A stretch of 64,000 bases of DNA, from positions 64,001 through 128,000 of IMG/VR virus record IMGVR_UViG_3300034105_003151; one strand, 5' to 3'. A model generated the notes under the pieces. The model saw nothing but the letters and a program-made list of their open reading frames with translations. It made no database searches and was not told the DNA's origin. The position numbers were made by a program, and so were the translations under genes. Source of the DNA: a virus. Positions 50,855 through 59,027 of this stretch are shown piece by piece; the first letter of the stretch is position 1; each line of letters begins with the position of its first letter.

Positions 50855-51163
50855 ATGGGACTACAAGCACTGATTAATGCTCTCGCCGCTGCTGACCAAG
50901 ATTACGTCGCTCCGTTTGGGTTTGGATCGCCCGATAGTTATCGTGGTTACTATTTTGACGTAGCTTTCGAACCTGAACGAAATGTGACTGTCGCATCAAT
51001 GCTTGCTCATGCGAAGAGTGCATTGGGAGCAACATTTACAGGATATAAGGGTGGAGAGTATGTGATGGGTCCACATACGGACTGCTATATTGCACAATAT
51101 GGTGAATGTTATGGAGATAAGATTGGCCCCGTCTTGGTTGCTTATCTTACGGGTCAGGCTTGA
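50855..51163 (+). CDS. Conserved phage hypothetical protein
   Basis: P.SYRGYY.DVAFEP...G.TFTGYKGGEY.M motif. Confidence 0.75.
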   Translation: MGLQALINALAAADQDYVAPFGFGSPDSYRGYYFDVAFEPERNVTVASMLAHAKSALGATFTGYKGGEYVMGPHTDCYIAQYGECYGDKIGPVLVAYLTGQA

Positions 51164-51207
51164 CTTTTCTGCGTAGCATGATACAATTATCCAAAAGGAA
51201 AACTTCG

Positions 51208-51423
51208 ATGAAAATCAGTATGTGTATTGGCAATTGGGTTGCTTTCAGAGAGATAAAGCCCAACACTCTTTTCCAATTTTGTGAAAGGACATATCTCAAA
51301 CTTGACGAACAAAATCTATGTGGTGTCAATCTTCATTCTGCCACAATCACTCATTTTGAGGAAGAGGATGTTGTTATCCCGCTAGAGTCCAATATTCTGA
51401 TAGTACATCCAGTTGTAGACTAA
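51208..51423 (+). CDS. Small beta-barrel family protein, copy 1 of 5
   Basis: MKI...VAFREI.P..LF.F....YLK...V.L...F.....V.P. Confidence 0.65.
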   Translation: MKISMCIGNWVAFREIKPNTLFQFCERTYLKLDEQNLCGVNLHSATITHFEEEDVVIPLESNILIVHPVVD

Positions 51424-51440
51424 CAAAAAAGGAGAAAGTA

Positions 51441-51659
51441 ATGATTTTTGAACGAGCAAAGCCAAAAGTTACATCTGTGGAGTTTCGGGATCTCCCCTTT
51501 GGTGCTAATTTCATATATGGGGGCGAACTATTTCTCAAGGTGATTAATCCAACCTCCGATAATAATTCTGTTGGTCTTGAGGCCAACCGCATGTGGTGGT
51601 TTGGTAAAGACATTGTGGTTACTCCCACTAAAGTCAAGATAGTTGAGGTGACAGAATGA
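51441..51659 (+). CDS. Small beta-barrel family protein, copy 2
   Basis: VEFRDLPFG.NFIY...FLK...VGL...V.P. Confidence 0.65.
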   Translation: MIFERAKPKVTSVEFRDLPFGANFIYGGELFLKVINPTSDNNSVGLEANRMWWFGKDIVVTPTKVKIVEVTE

Positions 51660-51821
51660 AATGCTACTATGTTGTTTATAAAGCAACTCCAAATAGTATT
51701 GTCGAGGCGAGAGCCGTCATAACCGAAAATATTGACGATTACTTTCCTACTGGAACAATTATCCTCGATATTTATGAAATGATTAGTATGTCTGATAAGA
51801 CAGGAGTTGTGAAATAATCAA

Positions 51822-52058
51822 ATGAAAAGTATGCTCAAGGTTAGCCACAAAACTGTTATTGAGAATCAGGGGCCGTGCGGAACTGGCTGGGATGATTATT
51901 CTTGGGAGGTAGCATATCATGATGGTACTGATCCATCTTTTACTATCTCATACATTGAAGTATCGGACTACAAGAACAATCAGCACAACAATATGACAGT
52001 GGAGGAAGCCGTCCAGATTGCCCGTGCTATCCTTAGAATGGTGGGAGAAAAAGAATGA
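51822..52058 (+). CDS. Hypothetical protein
   Basis: ORF track; stop abuts repeat copy 8. Confidence 0.6.
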   Translation: MKSMLKVSHKTVIENQGPCGTGWDDYSWEVAYHDGTDPSFTISYIEVSDYKNNQHNNMTVEEAVQIARAILRMVGEKE

Positions 52059-52059
52059 A

Positions 52060-52106
52060 CGTAAACCCGTGTGGCGTAAGCACTTACGTCAAATCGGGCG
52101 GGCCGC
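52060..52106 (+). repeat. Box-linker repeat, half copy 8
   Basis: cgtaaacccgt-7-aagcacttacg + tcaaatcgggcgggccg. Confidence 0.85.
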
Positions 52107-52208
52107 GAAAATCGTGCCAAAGAATTTTGCGATTTTGCAGAAAGATTTCTCTAGATTCTGCTTGACGGTGCCGATAAATATGGTATACTTAGAGCATCAC
52201 AAGGAGAA

Positions 52209-52511
52209 ATGAAAGTGGAACATAACGGATTCAAGAACAAAGCAACGTGGCTCGTCTCGCTCTGGCTGAATAACCAAGAGCATATCTATACCCATTGGCG
52301 GAATGTCGCCCACACCATTGGCAGACAATATCCTCCTATGAATGAGGCTGTGGTTCGGCTCGCGGATCGATTGGAAGATTGTTTTCAGAGTATGGCCGTT
52401 GATGCTCTTGAAACCAATCCAATGTTTGTCGATATTCTTCAATCGGCTCTGGCCGATGTTGATTGGAAAACGATTGCTGGACATTTCATCGATGCGGCAG
52501 CGGGTGCTTGA
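52209..52511 (+). CDS. Conserved phage hypothetical protein
   Basis: NG..N..TW.V.LW..N...VDW..IA motif; AGGAG RBS. Confidence 0.75.
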   Translation: MKVEHNGFKNKATWLVSLWLNNQEHIYTHWRNVAHTIGRQYPPMNEAVVRLADRLEDCFQSMAVDALETNPMFVDILQSALADVDWKTIAGHFIDAAAGA

Positions 52512-52557
52512 CAAACTCTTTTCGTGTGTTAGAATACGGATTCACAAGGAGAAAATC

Positions 52558-52731
52558 ATGCGGGACTTTGATGAAATCAACTTGATTCTTGACCAGCTTC
52601 ACGCCGAAGGAATGGTAGAGCCGGTAGTCGAGCCTATTGATGATCCTTCCCTCCAAATTGACTTTTACGATTGGGCAGAAATCGTGGGAATTGATGTTGA
52701 CGAATGGGCACCGGAGGAGTACAATGCCTGA
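52558..52731 (+). CDS. Acidic small protein
   Basis: AGGAG RBS; Asp/Glu-rich. Confidence 0.6.
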   Translation: MRDFDEINLILDQLHAEGMVEPVVEPIDDPSLQIDFYDWAEIVGIDVDEWAPEEYNA

Positions 52732-52800
52732 ATCATTTCTGGTCTTTGGTTTCTGGATCATGGTTTCAATTATGTTTCTAACCTACAAGGAATAAATATC

Positions 52801-52953
52801 ATGGGTTTTAATGATCATGACAACACGGAACACGATTCCGATTTCTACGATTCCGTGGGCGATGTAATGGACGGAGATCACGATTCCGCCATGCGTGATG
52901 CGGGATGGGGGACGGACGAGGATTATGGATTTTTCGGTGGCGATGACGATTGA
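52801..52953 (+). CDS. Highly acidic small protein (50 aa; not in the ORF track)
   Basis: MGFNDHDNTEHDSDFYDS...AGWGTDEDYGFFGGDDD*. Confidence 0.6.
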   Translation: MGFNDHDNTEHDSDFYDSVGDVMDGDHDSAMRDAGWGTDEDYGFFGGDDD

Positions 52954-53020
52954 CAAAACGTTTTGTTGTGGTATACTTCGATAGTTGTTTGGATTTTCTT
53001 TCACAAAGGGATTTTTTAGT

Positions 53021-53452
53021 ATGAATAATGTCAGTTTTTCTGTTGCTCTTTTTGTTGTCGCTCTTGTTGGTGCGGTGGTTGGTTATCTGGCCTATAACAG
53101 TGCATATGGTGGACTCAAGTATAGGCTGAATAAGGTTAGTCTGACCAATGCCCAAAAGGGTGAGGTTTATAACTTTACTTATTGCCAGCCTCTTAGTGGA
53201 AAGCGTGAACGTTATCTGGCAAGGGTTGAGAATGTTAATCTGCTGACTGCACAACAGATCAGTAGACTTAATACTCATAGTAATTATCGTGCTAATGATC
53301 CTTCATTTGAGCGTAGTAGCACTCTTGTTACTGTTCGTACTTATGATGGTCAGATTCGGAATGTGTATGCTGAACGTTGTGTAAATGTACGCAAGCCTTA
53401 TCTTGGACAAAAGCTGTTTGGTATGCCCAAGGTTGCGGCATATCTGCTCTAA
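53021..53452 (+). CDS. N-terminally membrane-anchored protein
   Basis: TM VALFVVALVGAVVGYLAY, then a beta-rich domain. Confidence 0.65.
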   Translation: MNNVSFSVALFVVALVGAVVGYLAYNSAYGGLKYRLNKVSLTNAQKGEVYNFTYCQPLSGKRERYLARVENVNLLTAQQISRLNTHSNYRANDPSFERSSTLVTVRTYDGQIRNVYAERCVNVRKPYLGQKLFGMPKVAAYLL

Positions 53453-53472
53453 AAACGAGCAACGCTACTCGC

Positions 53473-53554
53473 CGTAAACCCTTTGTGCGTAAGCACTTAG
53501 GGCACGGCGGGCGGGCCGTTTTTGACGTAAGTCTTTATGCAGTAAGGGGTTGAG
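53473..53554 (+). repeat. 82-bp repeat, copy 9
   Basis: cgtaaaccctt-7-aagcacttagg / 24 / cgtaagtcttt-7-aaggggttgag. Confidence 0.9.
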
Positions 53555-54076
53555 TCGAGTTTTTTTCTAAAGGTTCGTGTTGACACTGGACGATAAGATG
53601 GTATGATTCGTAAACGGAGGCTGACCAATGAGTTACGTTTGGTGGGTGATTGTGGGATGTAGGAGAGTTGGGTATGTTGAGAGTCCTAGTGAAATTGGGG
53701 CGACTAGGGCGGCAAAAGAGAAGTTTGGTGATTCCGCCTGGGTTGAGAGGTACTCGGATATGAATGTGTGTAACTTCTAAACCCTCCTGTTTGTGCCGCT
53801 GTGCGTTAGTCAGTTAAAGACTATGGGGTTGACAGGTCGATAAAACGATGGTAGAATGGTGGAAAAGAGGATAAAATGAGAACATTTGCTCAATTTGAAC
53901 AATGGGCCAAAAGTATTGGCTACGTTGTAGAGAGGGTTGGTCGGCGTATTGAATGGTATCATAAGGATAATCATAGTATTATTGGAGTGTGTTCTACTAT
54001 CCAACAAACTATTGATGAAATCTGTGATGATATTCTAGCTTGACAAAAACGAGATCTGGTGTATAATGGAAGACAC

Positions 54077-54147
54077 GGGCTTGTAGTACAATGGGAGTAC
54101 ATTCGGCTTGCATCCGAAAAATGAGGGTTCGATTCCCTTCCTGTCCA
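54077..54147 (+). tRNA. tRNA-Ala(TGC)
   Basis: Cloverleaf, G3:U70; acceptor stem has mismatches. Confidence 0.75.
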
Positions 54148-54152
54148 CTTAT

Positions 54153-54223
54153 GCGAGTGTAATACAATGGTAGTATGTCTGCCTTCCAAGCAGAACATGG
54201 GAGTTCGATTCCCCCTACTCGCA
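54153..54223 (+). tRNA. tRNA-Gly(TCC)
   Basis: TCTGC-CTTCCAA-GCAGA. Confidence 0.85.
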
Positions 54224-54235
54224 CTTGATGATTTT

Positions 54236-54306
54236 AGGTGAATAGTATAATGGTAGTACCGCCGTCTCCAAAGCGGCTCGCGTGGGTTCGATTCCTACTT
54301 CACCTG
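54236..54306 (+). tRNA. tRNA-Trp(CCA)
   Basis: GCCGT-CTCCAAA-GCGGC. Confidence 0.85.
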
Positions 54307-54316
54307 CTTTAGTTAT

Positions 54317-54389
54317 GGTCCGTTGGCCTAGCGGTTAAGGTATCTCGTTTACACCGAGAGGATCGGGGGTTCGAATCCCTCACGGACTA
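54317..54389 (+). tRNA. tRNA-Val(TAC)
   Basis: TCTCG-TTTACAC-CGAGA. Confidence 0.85.
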
Positions 54390-54435
54390 CTTAGAAATGG
54401 TGTATAATTTTGGTATAACAAGAAAGATTATACCA

Positions 54436-54780
54436 ATGACAAAATACACAGAAAAAACTTGTAAGAAACATGGGATTTGTAGATTTGTATTAGAAGGAAG
54501 TGGGTACTACAGGTGTACAAAATGTAGATCTACTGCTGTACATAATAGGCGTAAAAAAGTAAAACTACTATTAGTACAGTACAAAGGTGGTAAGTGTGAA
54601 CAATGCGGCTATAATAAGTGTGTAGCAGCATTAGAGTTTCATCACTTGGACCCTACACAAAAAGACTTTGGTATTGGTGCTAATGGTCATACTTTGGCAC
54701 TAGCAAAATTGAAACAAGAGGTAGATAAATGTATTTTGGTTTGTTCAAATTGTCATAGAGAGATACATGATGCGGGATAG
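54436..54780 (+). CDS. HNH endonuclease inserted in the tRNA array
   Basis: KGGKCEQCGY...LEFHHLDP...KCILVCSNCHREIH. Confidence 0.9.
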   Translation: MTKYTEKTCKKHGICRFVLEGSGYYRCTKCRSTAVHNRRKKVKLLLVQYKGGKCEQCGYNKCVAALEFHHLDPTQKDFGIGANGHTLALAKLKQEVDKCILVCSNCHREIHDAG

Positions 54781-54842
54781 CATAACGGTAATGCGCCAAC
54801 CTGTTAAGTTGTCAGATATAGGTTCGATTCCTATTCCCGTAG
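54771..54842 (+). tRNA. tRNA-Asn(GTT)
   Basis: CAAC-CTGTTAA-GTTG; overlaps the HNH stop codon. Confidence 0.8.
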
Positions 54843-54852
54843 TTTTTAATTT

Positions 54853-54926
54853 GGGCTTGTAGCATAACTGGATAATGCCCCCGACTGTCCATCGGGTGAT
54901 TGCGGGTTCAAATCCCGTCAGGCCCG
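54853..54926 (+). tRNA. tRNA-Asp(GTC)
   Basis: CCCGA-CTGTCCA-TCGGG. Confidence 0.85.
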
Positions 54927-54932
54927 CTTTTT

Positions 54933-55004
54933 GTTGCTCTGGCTGAATGGCAAGGCGAGGGACTGCAAATCCCTTTTTTGTGGGTTCGAATCCCACGGGC
55001 AATT
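54933..55004 (+). tRNA. tRNA-Cys(GCA)
   Basis: AGGGA-CTGCAAA-TCCCT. Confidence 0.85.
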
Positions 55005-55020
55005 CTCAAAGGATAGAATA

Positions 55021-55176
55021 ATGGGAATTAAAACCAATCAATCTATAAAAGCTATCAAAGATTTATGCTTCATGGGCTGCACAACCCGCTGGGCTAAGAA
55101 TCATTCTAATCGCATTTCTAGACGCGATGCTAAGAACGAAATTCGTAAGGAAATACAGTATAAGGTTGAAAATTAA
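55021..55176 (+). CDS. Small basic hypothetical protein
   Basis: AGGA RBS; WAK..SNR..RR.AK. Confidence 0.55.
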   Translation: MGIKTNQSIKAIKDLCFMGCTTRWAKNHSNRISRRDAKNEIRKEIQYKVEN

Positions 55177-55179
55177 AGT

Positions 55180-55225
55180 CGGCCCGCCGGTTTTGACGTA
55201 ACTCCTTATGCAGCAACAACTTACC
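55180..55225 (-). repeat. Box-linker repeat, half copy 10 (reversed)
   Basis: Reverse strand ggtaagttgtt-7-aaggagttacg + tcaaaaccggcgggccg. Confidence 0.8.
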
Positions 55226-55297
55226 TCAAGCAAATAATTTCTCATGCTATGGGCTTGACATGGCCGATACCTATGGTAGAATGAACGAGTAAGACAT

Positions 55298-55397
55298 GGT
55301 GAAGGTAGCGTAGTGGTAGCGTGAGAGAAGTTCCGAACTGCGATAGCAGAGTAGGCAAGCAAATGCTCTTGTGATGGTTCGATTCCATCCCTTCACC
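55298..55397 (+). ncRNA. tRNA-like RNA with an expanded anticodon region
   Basis: GGTGAAGG/CCTTCACC acceptor, D-loop AGTGGTA, T-arm GATGG-TTCGATT-CCATC; ~38-nt insert in place of the anticodon loop. Confidence 0.65.
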
Positions 55398-55429
55398 CCT
55401 TGACAAACACGCAAAGCGTGATACAATTC

Positions 55430-55573
55430 TCGTGGACGAATGCGGTTAGATTGGAGTAGCCTAATACTGATGAACTGTGGCAGGGGATAGAACCCTGGTA
55501 GTCATAGTCTTACTGTTTGCTACGCAGAGTCAGTACTTAGCCAATCTACGGGGAGGTCGCGTCCCCGCCACGA
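55430..55573 (+). ncRNA. Structured ncRNA candidate A
   Basis: Own TTGACA-16-TACAAT promoter; nested helices tcgtgg/ccacga, tagattgg/ccaatcta, tactga/tcagta, cgggga/tccccg. Confidence 0.55.
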
Positions 55574-55696
55574 TTCATACACCCTGCGGGTTCGTAGGTT
55601 GTCCTCAAGGGGGGAGGATGTAAAAGACAGTGGGATAGTACTATAGCTCTATTGTTCCATACCCCCACCATACAACTCGTTAGAAAAGGAAAAGAT

Positions 55697-55897
55697 ATGA
55701 AAAGATTGACAATAAACGAAAAACAGGCGGCAAACCTAGTGCTTTGGGTGCAATGGACAAAAGAAGATATGGAGAAGATAGAACATCGATATCGATATAA
55801 TTGTAGTATTGGTGCTAGAGATGGTGATCCAAACGCATTCAAAGAAATGATTGATTCTGTTCTGGAATTGGCTGGAAGCCTTGACATTCTCGCGTAG
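55697..55897 (+). CDS. Hypothetical protein
   Basis: AAGGA RBS. Confidence 0.55.
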   Translation: MKRLTINEKQAANLVLWVQWTKEDMEKIEHRYRYNCSIGARDGDPNAFKEMIDSVLELAGSLDILA

Positions 55898-56104
55898 TGT
55901 GGTAGAATAGCAGAAAGAAAACAATGCTTATCCAAACCAAAAATCCCGATCTGTATAGGCTATGGATCGAATACTATGATGCTTTTCGTCCCGACATGAG
56001 AGGATATGAAAAGAGAACCTACGCCTTTTTTAATAGCGAAAAGGGCATTTATCCGGGTTGACTCTCACGCAAAGCGTGGTAGACTTGTAAAAAAGGAGCC
56101 AAAG

Positions 56105-56323
56105 ATGAAGATGAAGATTAAGCGTAGAGGAGAAGAGGAGCAGAGAGTTTCATTTGAGTCTCTTGAACCGGGACAGCTTTTTGAATACGCTAATAGGCTA
56201 ATGATCAAAATGGGTCCATATGAAGATGATGATGCTTTTGATATTGATAACAATATCACATTAATCATTTATCGACTCACTCAAGTACTGCCCCTTAACG
56301 CCACACTAACCATAGAGGAATAA
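56105..56323 (+). CDS. Small beta-barrel family protein, copy 3
   Basis: VSFESLEPGQLFEY...IK...V.P.NATL.I. Confidence 0.65.
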   Translation: MKMKIKRRGEEEQRVSFESLEPGQLFEYANRLMIKMGPYEDDDAFDIDNNITLIIYRLTQVLPLNATLTIEE

Positions 56324-56324
56324 G

Positions 56325-56552
56325 ATGAAGATTCAAGAGAATGAGAAACCCAAGATGGTTCCTTTTCGTGATATTGAACGTGGAGGTGTTTTTCGATATG
56401 CAAATGACATTATCATGAAGACTGATATCTATACGGTTGCAATAGGAACTCTTAAAGCGATCCGTTTGACAGATGGAGCGGGATTCGTATGTGTCTTTGA
56501 TGATGAAAAAACTCTTGTTGAGCCTCTTGACACTACTCTGGTGATTAACTAG
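56325..56552 (+). CDS. Small beta-barrel family protein, copy 4
   Basis: VPFRDIERGGVFRY...MK...AIRL...VEPLDTTLVI. Confidence 0.65.
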   Translation: MKIQENEKPKMVPFRDIERGGVFRYANDIIMKTDIYTVAIGTLKAIRLTDGAGFVCVFDDEKTLVEPLDTTLVIN

Positions 56553-56563
56553 GAGAATTGAAC

Positions 56564-56782
56564 ATGAAGATTACCAAAAAAAAGCGGGATTGGGTTAATT
56601 TCAAAGATATCCCGGTAGGTCAAACCTTCCGTGATGTGGATGAAGAGCCTTGTCTCAGAATAGAAACGACTGATTCAGGACATAACGCCATTTCCCTCTC
56701 AATTAATCGTGCTTATGAGTTTAGGGAAAATAATCTGGTGACTCCTATTAATGCAGAGTTGATTGTTGATGATCATCAATAA
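56564..56782 (+). CDS. Small beta-barrel family protein, copy 5
   Basis: VNFKDIPVGQTFR...NAISL...VTPINAELIV. Confidence 0.65.
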   Translation: MKITKKKRDWVNFKDIPVGQTFRDVDEEPCLRIETTDSGHNAISLSINRAYEFRENNLVTPINAELIVDDHQ

Positions 56783-56949
56783 GTACCGGGAGTAAGTATG
56801 ACTTACAAGTGGCTTGACGAAGCGGCAAAAGAAATCCTTGATAAGTTCACTATTGATCCAAATAGCAAGGTGGAGAATGGACTGACCGCGAAAGAAAGAA
56901 TGATTAGTTATATCCTAGCAGCTATTGACAATATCGAAAGGGAGTTAGA

Positions 56950-57210
56950 ATGACTATCGGTCAACTAATCGAAAAAATTGGTAATCTTCAACAGTACAAA
57001 CCTTGTATCAATCATGATTCAGGGTTTCCTTGGGCGGGTATGGAAGAATCTACTAAGGATGGATTTATTTTCGCGGCTGATCTCAAAAACATTCTAGAGG
57101 AGTTTCTTACAGGCTTGACTCTGGAAGCGATTGAAACCGTAATCAACTCTCCTAATAAGAATAAGCCTAAGATTGAACCTAAACTCTTGCCCGGTAAGGA
57201 CTTAGGGTGA
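56950..57210 (+). CDS. Hypothetical protein; 3' end runs into repeat copy 11
   Basis: GGAG RBS. Confidence 0.55.
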   Translation: MTIGQLIEKIGNLQQYKPCINHDSGFPWAGMEESTKDGFIFAADLKNILEEFLTGLTLEAIETVINSPNKNKPKIEPKLLPGKDLG

Positions 57211-57259
57211 ACCGGGCCAGCCCGATGTGTCGTAACTCCTTACGCAGCAACGACTTGCA
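57178..57259 (+). repeat. 82-bp repeat, copy 11 (divergent linker)
   Basis: cctaaactctt-7-aaggacttagg / 24 / cgtaactcctt-7-aacgacttgca. Confidence 0.85.
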
Positions 57260-57382
57260 GCAAGTTGTCAGAACTGACACTTATCCCCCCAAAACAGCCA
57301 TAAATTGCCAGAAGTGACACTCAAGATTTCGCTCTTGACAAGACGATATTGGGGTGTAGAATGATAGAACAAGGAGAGGATT

Positions 57383-57775
57383 ATGTATCGTGTTCGTTTT
57401 CATCTTCAATCTGGCAAAAACTACAAATGCTGGCAGATTTGTCAGATGAATGGTAGTCGGCGTGTCAAAGAAATCTACTACGACCCATCAAAGGTTCAGC
57501 TAGAACTAGTTGAGTGCAAGTTGGTCAACAAGGTTAAGATTGCTCGCAGGGTTCATGCCGAAGGTGTCAGGGATGTGGCAGGATGGGTTGAGTGCTTGGA
57601 AGTGAAAATCTCTGAAAATCCAGTTGACGGTCTTGAGAGATTATTTTACAACCCAATTCTCGATCCAAATTGGCGTAGAGATGGAGACAATGGGGAGTTT
57701 GTGTGGGACGATAGCGAATACAAAACACTGGTTACACAGGGCAAACGGGTTTATATTCTTGAAGAAAGGGTTTGA
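57383..57775 (+). CDS. Hypothetical protein
   Basis: RVRFHL..G.NYK.WQI...YNP; strong RBS. Confidence 0.7.
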   Translation: MYRVRFHLQSGKNYKCWQICQMNGSRRVKEIYYDPSKVQLELVECKLVNKVKIARRVHAEGVRDVAGWVECLEVKISENPVDGLERLFYNPILDPNWRRDGDNGEFVWDDSEYKTLVTQGKRVYILEERV

Positions 57776-57776
57776 A

Positions 57777-58169
57777 ATGATTAGTATTGAAATGACCGTT
57801 GCAGAGATTCTCGATCTTTATCGCAATTGCGATGTGAATTACAAGCTTAAGGAGCGTCTTGTTGCTGCTCTGGAGAAAGCTGTTGCTGTTAAGGGTATGG
57901 GTAATAACTATACATTCACTTTTTACTCACTGCGAAATCCAGAAAACTTCATTAACTGCATTAAGATCATCCGTCTTCACACAAAGATGCATCTTAGAGA
58001 CGCTAAAGAGTTTATGGATGTGGTTCGTGGGACGTTGTCTTATGATAATGTCTATCGTGGAGGCACTTCAAAGAATCTCACTGGTTATAGTGAAGATATC
58101 TGTTCTAAAATTGTGAGCGACCTTCGTGATATTGGCGAATGGGATATTAATTATACTCCATCTACTTGA
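57777..58169 (+). CDS. Protein with a ribosomal L7/L12 C-terminal-like motif
   Basis: INCIKIIRLHTKMHLRDAKEFMD resembles bL12 CTD I.VIK.VR..TGLGLKEAK..V. Confidence 0.5.
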   Translation: MISIEMTVAEILDLYRNCDVNYKLKERLVAALEKAVAVKGMGNNYTFTFYSLRNPENFINCIKIIRLHTKMHLRDAKEFMDVVRGTLSYDNVYRGGTSKNLTGYSEDICSKIVSDLRDIGEWDINYTPST

Positions 58170-58177
58170 TCGCTCTT

Positions 58178-58259
58178 CCTAAGTCCTTTCCCCGCAAGGG
58201 GTTAGGGCCGGGGCGGCGGGCCGCGTTTGACGTAACTCCTTATCCCACAACCTCTTACG
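58178..58259 (+). repeat. 82-bp repeat, copy 12
   Basis: cctaagtcctt-7-aaggggttagg / 24 / cgtaactcctt-7-aacctcttacg. Confidence 0.9.
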
Positions 58260-58459
58260 TCAACTACTCACAGCAAATCCCATGCCAAAGATTTTTTCAA
58301 GAAGAGGTGTTGACATGGACGATATAAGAGGTAGAATACAACAGTACGAGCAAGGAAACAGGGACGAGCAAAAAACAAAATCGACCAACTGCCCTTGACA
58401 AGTACACTTTGCGTTGTATAATTTTGGAAATGGTTCTAACACTTTTGAGGAATATAAAA

Positions 58460-58762
58460 ATGGATAAGATCAACGTTTGCGAGTTCAAGGTTAGTGTTTC
58501 GGGTGTTTCTGAGTCTTTCGACTATGCCGATGTGGTTGATACGATCAAGGCCGCTCTTGTCGAGGCACTGCCGGATAGCTACGGTGTTTATGCCCGTGCA
58601 GAGCAGATTCGTGAGATGACGCACCAGGGTTGGCTGAATTGCCGTGCCCGTGTGTACAACGTGACTGCTGTGGAAGCCGGTGACGGTAAGAGTGCCAGCA
58701 AGGTTATCAAGCTGACAGGAAAGAAGGTCAAGGAAGAGGAGACTGCTACGGCTACCGCCTGA
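58460..58762 (+). CDS. Hypothetical protein
   Basis: GAGGA RBS; promoter. Confidence 0.65.
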   Translation: MDKINVCEFKVSVSGVSESFDYADVVDTIKAALVEALPDSYGVYARAEQIREMTHQGWLNCRARVYNVTAVEAGDGKSASKVIKLTGKKVKEEETATATA

Positions 58763-58798
58763 CTTGACAAACTCGACCCAGCGAGTATAAACAGCTTT

Positions 58799-59010
58799 TA
58801 GGCTGGGTGCGGTGGAACAGTAACCATCCTGTTCCGCGTAAGGATTATCGGCGTGGGATTCGCCGGTCTAGTAGAGTCTAACCAACTGATAAGACAGTGG
58901 TACTCGTTGAAGCGGCTTGCTACTAGTATTATAATGTGGTAAAGTAGTCGCACCACAAAACCGTTAGCCCTCACGGGACGCCGTGGGGGCTTGCGGCATT
59001 AGTAGACCTA
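58799..59010 (+). ncRNA. Structured ncRNA candidate B (~210 nt)
   Basis: Promoter TTGACA-16-TATAAA; helices ggtgcg/cgcacc, gtggaacag/ctgttccgc, cggcg/cgccg, ctagtag/ctactag, gccctcacgg/ccgtgggggc. Confidence 0.6.
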
Positions 59011-59027
59011 ATAAACTGGAGAAAAAA

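Noticed and set aside
55430-55670. Canonical tmRNA, 6S or SRP RNA
   Set aside because: No canonical tmRNA termini or tag ORF, and no SRP GGAA domain; kept only as an unassigned ncRNA.
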